From an uncultured Ignavibacteriaceae bacterium (lineage in GTDB: Bacteria > Zixibacteria > MSB-5A5 > GN15 > PGXB01): a stretch of DNA of 64,000 bases. Below the pieces are notes generated by a model, which made no database searches, was not told the origin of the DNA, and saw only the letters and a program-made list of their open reading frames with translations. The DNA lies in NCBI GenBank assembly GCA_964452645.1, contig CAYVMO010000010.1, positions 36,511 through 100,510 on the forward strand, written 5' to 3'. Shown in pieces: positions 36,874 through 44,623 of this stretch (positions are counted from its first letter, which is position 1; the number at the start of each line of letters is the position of its first letter). The position numbers were made by a program, and so were the translations under genes.

Positions 36874-39372
36874 TCATGGGCAGGCCGGATCCGGACCGTC
36901 CAGATATAGATAATTGATTATATAAACAATATCAAAAATGTTAACATTAGTGTCCCCATTGACATCACAGCTATTCATATCTACCGGCGGCGGGCCTTCC
37001 AAATACAGAAATCCAATCAGATAAGTCACGTCAAAAATGTTAATCGTCCAGTCGCCGTTGGGATCGCCACAGAGAAAATCGCAGGCATCGCCCAGATTGT
37101 CACCGTCGGTATCGGTTTGCTGCGGATTGTAGGCATCGGGGCAATTATCACACACGGAACCGATATTGTCCCCGTCGGGATCGGCCTGATCCGGGTTGTA
37201 ATCATTGGGACAGTTATCCTCATCGCATACATTGGCCGCGAAACCGGGATCACCGTATCCGTCATTATCGGAGTCGGTGCAGGCATCGCAGGCGTCACCG
37301 GTCCCATCACCATCGAGATCTTCCTGATCAGGATTATAAGCATACGGACAATTGTCATCCGGACAGTTGCTGTAAGGAAATCCGGGGACGCCGTAACCGT
37401 CGCCATCAGGATCGGAACAAATCGTCGGATTGCCGACAACGACCGCCTTTATTTCGGAATAATCACCCCACTGCCCGTCGGCATCCTGCGCCCTCACTTT
37501 ATAGAAATAAAGTCCTTCCGGTTTGTCGGTAAAAACATATGACGTATCGGTAATTGTCGATGAGATTACATTGAAGTTTTCGAATCCGTGTGTCGGGTAA
37601 ATATTGTCGAAATAAATACCGTCCCAGACCCAGGCCATCTGAAATACTTTGTAAGAGAACCTGAAATAAACCGACTGCCCGACATAATCCGACAAATCAA
37701 AGCGCGCATCAATCCATCCGCCCGAGTAACCGGTTATGCCGTTACCCAGATTTATCCCGTAGGGGTCTTCATTGGTGGTGATATTGCCTTCAAGATTGAC
37801 GAAGTTCTCACCATCGGTCGAAATCTGGATATAGGCATAATCAAGCGGTTCGCTGAGTGCATAATTAGTCGAAAACCTCAACGAATCGTTGGGCAAAACG
37901 TAATACGGCAATATCGTCTGGATATAGCGCCAATCGAAATTGTCGCCTCCGGAGTAAAAACTACCTGATGATAACTCATACAGCCGTTTGTCCCAGTTGT
38001 TGAAATTATTGCACGGATCCGTTAAAGTATTATAATCGGTCATTTCGACCACTTCATAATAAACCGGTGGATTTCGAGGATCATCGCACGACCAGTTAAT
38101 TTCGAAACTTCCCTTGGCGTCGGCCGAATCCGGAACCGTAAGAAGGGGTGCATCCGGCGGAAGTACCTGCTCGACATGACCGGCCACCTCGGCGATAAAC
38201 AGATTGGGCAGCAGGTTTTCCTCGACCAATTCGGGGATTCTCTGTGTTTCCGGCCAGAAACCATCGGCGTAATAATTGCCGACCTCGGTGGTCAAAGCGA
38301 ATATTTTATTTTTGGTGATTTGCTCCCCATACATCCAGTCGTCGGCACCGCCGTTCACCGGATAACCGACGGCGTCGATGTTTGGATAATACCCGTCGAA
38401 TACATTCATGGAATCGCCCAGGGCCGAAAAAATATCTTCATCGGGCGTATAACTGTCATTGTAAGAGTATGCCCATAGGTGCAGATTCGAACAGGAGTGG
38501 TAATTTACACATATAGCGAATTCATGGGCGATGCAAAAATCACGAATGACCTGCGTCGCCGGTTCGGAAAACGGGGCGGTGCCGCGATAAGTTTCATCGC
38601 CACCGTACGGCGACGAACCTTCATCATCATACCCCCATTGATAATCGAAATTGCGATTAAGATCGACTCCAAACGTACCATCGCCGTTATTGCGACGGTT
38701 CTTACGCCACATGCCGCCCGGCCAGTTATAACTCACATTGTACTGGTAGCCGTCCGGATTGACGACCGGCACGAACCACAGTTCCCGCTCATTGACCAGA
38801 TTGGTAACATACGGATCGACACCGTAGTTTTCCAGCAGGTATTCTATGAAATGAAGCAGCACCAGCGGCGTAATAACTTCACGGGCGTGGATACACGCGT
38901 TATAAAATACTTCCGGCTCATCCTCATCATCATTCGGATTATCGGAAATCTTAATAGCGTAAATATCGCGCCCCTCAAGCGTTTGCCCGATGCTGATCCG
39001 CTCGGTGGTAATATCCGGATACAAAATATGATCAAAATTGAGTTCGGCATTAATCTGAGATAAAGTCAGATAACCTGTCTGTTTTAAATCGGGAAAACGC
39101 GACCGATAAAAGGCAACCATATCGTCGTGAATTATCTCGACCTCGAAGCCCATATCTTTTAATCTTTCAACCTCCTCGGGATCGGATACGATCTCATAAA
39201 AGGAAGGAGCGGCGTACATAATGTCAAGATGCAATCCCCGAAGTTGCATCATTTGATCGACCGAGTCGAACTTCACCCGCGCCTGAACGTACTTTTGATC
39301 GGCCCCGAGAGCGACTCCGCATATTAATATCAGCAGAGCCAGAGTCAGAATTTGCATTCTTGGTAGTCCCAT
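36874..39372 (-). CDS. Secreted M14 zinc carboxypeptidase with C-terminal TSP type-3 Ca-binding repeats and a type I dockerin module
   Basis: It has the HAREVIT (HxxE) zinc site and NPDGY motifs, and repeated DNCPxxYNPDQxDxDGDxxGDxCD units. Two dockerin segments are present: [22 protein letters not shown] and [22 protein letters not shown]. The track ORF starts at TTG 39417. The ATG at 39372 follows GGAGAG and precedes a signal peptide. Confidence 0.9.
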   Translation of the reverse strand: MGLPRMQILTLALLILICGVALGADQKYVQARVKFDSVDQMMQLRGLHLDIMYAAPSFYEIVSDPEEVERLKDMGFEVEIIHDDMVAFYRSRFPDLKQTGYLTLSQINAELNFDHILYPDITTERISIGQTLEGRDIYAIKISDNPNDDEDEPEVFYNACIHAREVITPLVLLHFIEYLLENYGVDPYVTNLVNERELWFVPVVNPDGYQYNVSYNWPGGMWRKNRRNNGDGTFGVDLNRNFDYQWGYDDEGSSPYGGDETYRGTAPFSEPATQVIRDFCIAHEFAICVNYHSCSNLHLWAYSYNDSYTPDEDIFSALGDSMNVFDGYYPNIDAVGYPVNGGADDWMYGEQITKNKIFALTTEVGNYYADGFWPETQRIPELVEENLLPNLFIAEVAGHVEQVLPPDAPLLTVPDSADAKGSFEINWSCDDPRNPPVYYEVVEMTDYNTLTDPCNNFNNWDKRLYELSSGSFYSGGDNFDWRYIQTILPYYVLPNDSLRFSTNYALSEPLDYAYIQISTDGENFVNLEGNITTNEDPYGINLGNGITGYSGGWIDARFDLSDYVGQSVYFRFSYKVFQMAWVWDGIYFDNIYPTHGFENFNVISSTITDTSYVFTDKPEGLYFYKVRAQDADGQWGDYSEIKAVVVGNPTICSDPDGDGYGVPGFPYSNCPDDNCPYAYNPDQEDLDGDGTGDACDACTDSDNDGYGDPGFAANVCDEDNCPNDYNPDQADPDGDNIGSVCDNCPDAYNPQQTDTDGDNLGDACDFLCGDPNGDWTINIFDVTYLIGFLYLEGPPPVDMNSCDVNGDTNVNIFDIVYIINYLYLDGPDPACP

Positions 39373-39905
39373 GATGCTCTCCAATGCAGTAAAGGAGTTA
39401 AAAACTATATTTTTCAACGGCGGTAGTTATTTTTAATGACGTCGGCCAACCCGCTTTTGTTTCAAAAAATCGCGAGTTTTGGTCAAATAAGTCTGCCGTC
39501 AGTATTGAGTTAGCCCATAATTGACTAAAAATTTAAAAAAGCAGTATTCTATCTGACAATATATATCAAAAGATGAATCCGTCAATACGAAAAATAATGG
39601 TGCCGGGACCTGGACCGAGGATTCATAAGGATTCATATCCGCAATCTTCAGAAATACAATAAATTACGCTAAAGGCTGTCTCTTCTCATCAGGTGCGGGA
39701 TTGAGTAGTCTTTTCAAAAGCGAAAAAAGTGTTATCGGGAGGAGTCCAAATTCCGTCCGCCAGGACTCAAAGAAATGAGGACAACTGGTCGATCTATACG
39801 TTCATTCCGTTGCAACGATATCGGTATCACTGCAACCGGAGTAATCGACTATCTGCCTGCCGATGATATCTTTAATTCTTTAATATTGATGGGCCGACGG
39901 CGGCC

Positions 39906-40649
39906 TTATTCTTTGAGTTCTTTCAGCACCTTCAGGGTTGCCTCGGATATTTTATCGTATCCGGCTTCGTTCAACAAAATCTGGCCCCCCATAAATTTAC
40001 TGGAGAAATATCCTTCACTGTCAGCTACAATCCTATAAAAATCGACGAATTTCAGATTATTGTCGCGGCAATATTCCTGAAGCCAACGATTGAATTCCCT
40101 GAGACTATCCAGGACATTATAAGGTACTTCCAATTCGGCTTTAAAATCTCTGCCGACAGGGATTACGGAGGTCAATATCGGCTCTATTCCATGCATCCTG
40201 GCAATATCCGCCATGCTCGAAATATAATCCTCGATTTCCCGGACACTGCTTTCCGGCCGGAAATTATATGAACTTAACTCGATTATGACCGCCCCGGGCT
40301 TTAAATCAACAACGTCGGGTTTAAATCTGAGTAGAAAACCGGAAATTCGCTGCCCCGAAATACCGCGATTTATGGTTTCAAAATTGGGAAAATATTTATT
40401 TAAATCCCATCCGTGTGTTATTTGCGAGCCCAGAAAAACGATTCTGTTATCGATTTGTCGATCGGCCGAAAGGCGATTATCATCTTCTTCATACACATGA
40501 CGGCCGGAAAATTCCGAAACCACATTTGTGTACTTATCAAGAAAATAATTAACACTGGCGCGATAACCTAAAGCCTTATAGGCAACGTAAATTATAAAGA
40601 GATTGCCGATTAGAGATAATATCAGAATGACCTTCATCTTTTTATTCAT
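39906..40649 (-). CDS. Membrane-anchored SGNH/GDSL-fold protein with substituted catalytic residues (possible pseudo-enzyme)
   Basis: 247 aa with an N-terminal TM segment. IVFLGSQITHGWDL...INRGISGQ...VIIELSSYNF...GGQILLNEAGY aligns block by block with GDSL hydrolases (FLGDSIT.GW / NRGISG / GTND / DGLHLN..GY). It reads GSQ, SSYN and GQILLN where Ser, Asn, Asp and His are expected. Confidence 0.75.
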   Translation of the reverse strand: MNKKMKVILILSLIGNLFIIYVAYKALGYRASVNYFLDKYTNVVSEFSGRHVYEEDDNRLSADRQIDNRIVFLGSQITHGWDLNKYFPNFETINRGISGQRISGFLLRFKPDVVDLKPGAVIIELSSYNFRPESSVREIEDYISSMADIARMHGIEPILTSVIPVGRDFKAELEVPYNVLDSLREFNRWLQEYCRDNNLKFVDFYRIVADSEGYFSSKFMGGQILLNEAGYDKISEATLKVLKELKE

Positions 40650-40923
40650 ATTATTAGACCCTCGTTTGACTCAATCATATTCCGTCAGATATTTAACCAT
40701 TATAATTGCATAATCTTAAATATATAAATTATGCGATGCAAGGCTAAAATCGCGTTTTATAGTCTTCTTTTAAGATAGCTTTTAGTATTGACAAATGCCC
40801 GGTTTTCGATAATACTCTACAAGGAATTTTGACAGCTCGAGCAATAAAAAAATCGAGGTTTCAAATACAGATAGAGGTAAACATGACTGGCTTGCTCAAC
40901 CCTTTAGCAGTATGGTATGAAAG

Positions 40924-41907
40924 ATGAAAAAGGTATATATATTTGTCGCGGTTATTTTAATCATAATTTGTTCGGCAATAACATTTACGGGTGGATTACT
41001 CATCGGCCTGCGCTATGGAGATATAAACAAAATCCCGTACGTTGCTTATGGGGAGTGGTCAATCGGAATATATACGGGAAGCTCGCCTCTGGATATCTCT
41101 CCGTCCGCAAACCCCGGAAATCCCGTCCTGACGGCCAGTGATGTAACCGATATGCCGGCTCGCTTCCTGGCGGATCCCTTTATGGTCTTTGAGAATGGTA
41201 TCTGGTACATGTTTTTTGAAATCTTACACGCTCGGACCAATCAGGGAAATATTGGACTGGCTACGAGCAAAAATGGTCTGGATTGGACTTATCAACAGGT
41301 GGTGCTGGACGAGCCGTTTCATCTTTCATTTCCCTGTGTATTCAAATGGAAAGACGATTATTATATGATCCCAGAGAGCCGCGAAGCCAACGCGGTGCTA
41401 TTATATAAGGCGACACCCTTCCCGATTGAATGGTCAAAAGTCAAAGTGATAATTGATAAGAACTATGTCGATCCCTCCTTTTTTTACTATAATGGAAAAT
41501 GCTGGCTATTTGCCTCCTCCGCCGCCAGTAACACTCTTTGGCTTTATTATGCCGACGACCCGGCAGGGCCATGGATCGAGCATCCCAAAAGCCCGGTGGT
41601 GGTGGGAAATCCTCATATCGCCAGGCCGGCCGGAAGAGTGGCAATCTATGATAATAGAATAATAAGATTCGGCATGGATTGCAGTCCGACTTATGGCGGA
41701 GCGGTGAGAGCTTTTGAGATAACAGCCTTGTCCCCCACCGAATATGAGGAAAAAGCGCTATCGGATAAACCCTTACTGGAGGCCAGTGGAACCGGATGGA
41801 ATAGCGACAGAATGCATCAGATTGACGCGCACATGATATCCGAAGGGAAATGGATAGCGGTTGTCGATGGATACCGGGGCGGGATAAAAATCGGTCTTAA
41901 ATATTGA
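40924..41907 (+). CDS. Membrane-anchored beta-propeller protein (GH43/GH130-like fold family with an ADPF motif), function unknown
   Basis: 327 aa with an N-terminal TM segment. FLADPFMVFENGIWYMFFE and repeated W/Y-rich blade motifs are present. I recall this pattern from glycoside-hydrolase-like propellers found in polysaccharide loci. Confidence 0.6.
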   Translation: MKKVYIFVAVILIIICSAITFTGGLLIGLRYGDINKIPYVAYGEWSIGIYTGSSPLDISPSANPGNPVLTASDVTDMPARFLADPFMVFENGIWYMFFEILHARTNQGNIGLATSKNGLDWTYQQVVLDEPFHLSFPCVFKWKDDYYMIPESREANAVLLYKATPFPIEWSKVKVIIDKNYVDPSFFYYNGKCWLFASSAASNTLWLYYADDPAGPWIEHPKSPVVVGNPHIARPAGRVAIYDNRIIRFGMDCSPTYGGAVRAFEITALSPTEYEEKALSDKPLLEASGTGWNSDRMHQIDAHMISEGKWIAVVDGYRGGIKIGLKY

Positions 41908-42028
41908 CCGGGCGGACATCAATATTTCCGGCAAAAATCAGGCAAATTGAAACGTATAAGATTCATAAAATGCTGAGGTCTGATTACGGTTTCATGATAG
42001 ATCGTTCTCTTTTTCCAAGGAGTCTTCA

Positions 42029-43885
42029 GTGCCGGGTATTTTAGGTGTAATATTAAAAAAGAATAAAAACAGACAGGCCAATGAAGACCTCATCCGGGCG
42101 ATGCTCCAGAAGTTATCGCATAATGACAATTATGTCAGTCAGTCTTATGCCGGAGAATGGTTCGCGATTGGTAACATCGGTTTGCCGGTCGAGGGTGAAA
42201 GTCGATTTACAATACAGGAGAAGAGCGGCTACGCCGCTGCTTTTTCCGGATATATTTATGGCTGGAAGAATCTTGATGCCAATCTGAGCCGTGACACGGC
42301 CGACAAAGCCTCTCGTTTGATAGAAATTTATCAACGTCACAAAGATAATCTTCCGACAAAAATCGACGGCTCGTTTAATATTGCCGTTGTCGATATCAAG
42401 GGGCGCGAATGCCTGATCTGTAATGATAGATTCGGACACCGCCAGCTTTATTACTACGAAGATGATGACCTGTTTCTGTTCTCGAGCGAAATAAAGGCTT
42501 TCCTGGCGTATGATAAGTTTATTAAAGGGATAGATCTTAAAGGTGCGTCCGACTACTTTAACTATGGTTACCTTCTTGGCAATAAAACATTCTTCAAGGA
42601 CGTGAAAATCCTGAGGGGCGGTCATAACATTATCTATAAAAACGCCCGGATTACATTTCAAAAATACTGGGATTATCAATTCGGTGAGGAATCGAAACAA
42701 ACGGTCGGTGAACTTATAGAAGAAGCCGATACGATTTATATCGATATAATCAGAAAGCTGAAAGGCTACGGTGAAAACACGATTGTTCCGCTTTCCGGCG
42801 GGCTTGACTCGAGATTCATTATTGGCCACACGGTCCGGGCCGGTCTTCAACCATACACTTTTACTCACGGGAGAAAGAACTGTCTGGACCATAAAATCGC
42901 CCATCGAGTAGCACAAGAATTACGCCTGAAGAATTACCGATTTGTCGAAGTTAATCCGGATTGGTTCATTGACTACATTGAGGAGTTTGTTTTTCTCACC
43001 GAGGGGATGATCGATTCCAGCCCCGCTATTCTTCTGGGAATAAACCGGCAATATGACCTTAATCCAAAATCCAGCGTTTTCTTGAACGGTATTTTTGGCG
43101 GCCCCACCAATTTTGGTTCAGTCTTTTTTACACCCGACGATTTGATTGACGGTCTTACGTATGAAAAAAAGTTGGAAAGAATCAAAGGCAGTCTCGGCGG
43201 CTTTTTAGGTGAATTGAAAGATGGTCTTTTCGACCAGAATCTAAAGGCCGCAATCTCCGAAAACTACTTATCTTCAATTGATGAGGAATTCAGGAATTGC
43301 CTTGAAGTATCCGACAAATTTTATCAACAAAGAGATGTCTTTTTTTTAAAGAATAATCTCGGACGGTATATGAATCAGGTTGATTGCAGCCGTTTTGTCT
43401 GGCATGATCATTTCGCCCTGGCCAATGACCGATTGGTTGATTTTTATATGAGACTTCCGGCCAGGTTACATTTTTCGCGGGGCTTTATGTCTGAATATTT
43501 CAAAGTCAAGTTCCCGACTCTTGCGGCAATACCCTATCAGGCAACCGGAGTCGACCTGTATAGCGAGCCATCGAAGTATAGAATCAAGGTTCAGGAATAT
43601 ATTAGAAAGTCGAAATATTATGCCGAGAGGATATCCAAAGGCAGGTTAAGGTTTTATGACATGAGAGCTTACGTTCACCCCGAGCAATTATTCCGCTCTC
43701 ATAAGAAAATAGCGGGCTACTTCCAGGAAATCCTGTTTGATGACAGAACAGCCAGTCGCGGATATTACAATATGAAGAAATTGGAGACATTGTTTAAGTG
43801 GCAAAAGGAGGGTGGATACGGTTTTTACCCGCTTTCTTCTCTACTTGCCTTTGAGATATTCAACCGGCTCTATATGGACCCGTAA
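42029..43885 (+). CDS. Asparagine-synthase-B-like ATP-pyrophosphatase lacking the N-terminal Cys nucleophile
   Basis: A GTG start lies 6 nt after AAGGAG. The N-terminus reads M-P-GILG instead of M-C-GI(x)G. A PP-loop SGGLDS (VPLSGGLDSRF) and an AsnB-like YYEDDDLFLFSSEIKAFL segment are present. Confidence 0.85.
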   Translation: MPGILGVILKKNKNRQANEDLIRAMLQKLSHNDNYVSQSYAGEWFAIGNIGLPVEGESRFTIQEKSGYAAAFSGYIYGWKNLDANLSRDTADKASRLIEIYQRHKDNLPTKIDGSFNIAVVDIKGRECLICNDRFGHRQLYYYEDDDLFLFSSEIKAFLAYDKFIKGIDLKGASDYFNYGYLLGNKTFFKDVKILRGGHNIIYKNARITFQKYWDYQFGEESKQTVGELIEEADTIYIDIIRKLKGYGENTIVPLSGGLDSRFIIGHTVRAGLQPYTFTHGRKNCLDHKIAHRVAQELRLKNYRFVEVNPDWFIDYIEEFVFLTEGMIDSSPAILLGINRQYDLNPKSSVFLNGIFGGPTNFGSVFFTPDDLIDGLTYEKKLERIKGSLGGFLGELKDGLFDQNLKAAISENYLSSIDEEFRNCLEVSDKFYQQRDVFFLKNNLGRYMNQVDCSRFVWHDHFALANDRLVDFYMRLPARLHFSRGFMSEYFKVKFPTLAAIPYQATGVDLYSEPSKYRIKVQEYIRKSKYYAERISKGRLRFYDMRAYVHPEQLFRSHKKIAGYFQEILFDDRTASRGYYNMKKLETLFKWQKEGGYGFYPLSSLLAFEIFNRLYMDP

Positions 43886-44058
43886 TGTATTATTGGCCAT
43901 TTTTTACTTGCGTTATTTTGAATTTTGACGATATTTAGAATACACAAGAAAGGAGGTGGTCCATTTGAAGTCAGACAAATGTGAGGTGGCTGATACTTAG
44001 CCGCTGATTCAACATAAATTGTTGGGTCACGCTGAGTAAATCCCAACAGTTTTACCGG

Positions 44059-44090
44059 CCTGACGGCTTACCATAACCGTCAGGTTTTTT
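44059..44090 (+). terminator. Rho-independent terminator of a short transcript between the asnB-like and cupin genes
   Basis: CCTGACGG (44059-44066) pairs with CCGTCAGG (44077-44084) and is followed by TTTTTT. Confidence 0.8.
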
Positions 44091-44203
44091 ATTTATCCAT
44101 CGAATAAATCACTTCCGGCTGAGAGTTATCGTTTCCAAAAGCTCTCTTTCATTACCGCCGTATCATCCGTATAATTTTGGCAAAGAACAATAAGGAGGCA
44201 TAT

Positions 44204-44551
44204 ATGCCGGTGAGGAAATATGAAGAAATCGATGAAATCAAGGTCGTAATGGATGGTGTGAAAGATGTAACCAAGAAGATACCGATCGGTAAGCCGGAAG
44301 GCTGGAAAAATTATACGCTCAGGGTGTTTAAAATAAAACCGGGCGGTTTTACACCCCATCATAATCATGACTGGGAGCATGTCAATTATGTAATTTCGGG
44401 TCGGGGGCAGTTGATAATTGATGGTGCGGTGCATGAATTGTCGGAAAAAGATTTCGCCTTTGTCCCTCCGAATGCCAGGCACCAGTTTAAGAATCCCTAT
44501 GATGAGGACTTTGAGTTCATATGTATCGTGCCCAACAGGGGTGAGTATTAA
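44204..44551 (+). CDS. Cupin-domain protein
   Basis: The ATG at 44204 follows TAAGGAGG. The cupin motifs G.FTPHHNHDWEHVNYVISG and P.NARHQF are present. Confidence 0.88.
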   Translation: MPVRKYEEIDEIKVVMDGVKDVTKKIPIGKPEGWKNYTLRVFKIKPGGFTPHHNHDWEHVNYVISGRGQLIIDGAVHELSEKDFAFVPPNARHQFKNPYDEDFEFICIVPNRGEY

Positions 44552-44586
44552 AAAAGAAATCTGCCGGGGCGAAGTCATGCCCCGGC
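44550..44586 (-). terminator. Terminator of the M16 peptidase gene (possibly bidirectional)
   Basis: GCCGGGGC (44563-44570) pairs with GCCCCGGC (44579-44586). On the minus strand it is followed by AGATTTCTTTTTT. Confidence 0.75.
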
Positions 44587-44623
44587 GTAATCCGGACCCG
44601 ACAGAACACTTTGAATATATTCT

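Noticed and set aside
37026-37542. ORFs of 137 aa (minus) and 141 aa (plus) inside the M14 gene
   Set aside because: They are alternative frames of the GAY/GGN-rich TSP3 repeat region, and the M14 frame explains the sequence.
39540-39680. 45-codon minus-strand ORF in the 488-bp gap upstream of the M14 gene
   Set aside because: It has no ribosome-binding site, sits in low-complexity AT-rich sequence and has no motif.
40788-40815. TTGACA hexamer followed by GATAAT/TAATAC in the divergent 40.65-40.92 kb region
   Set aside because: Spacing to the best -10-like hexamer is only 14-16 nt depending on the choice. This is too ambiguous to call a promoter.
42113-42916. 267-aa minus-strand ORF
   Set aside because: It is antisense to the asnB-like gene and has no motifs.
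41908-44090. Lasso-peptide cluster hypothesis (AsnB-like cyclase plus small peptide)
   Set aside because: No B-type protease/RRE or ABC exporter gene is nearby. The only SD-led mini-ORF encodes 11 aa (MKSDKCEVADT), too short for a leader plus core peptide and lacking the usual leader Thr and macrolactam Asp/Glu spacing.
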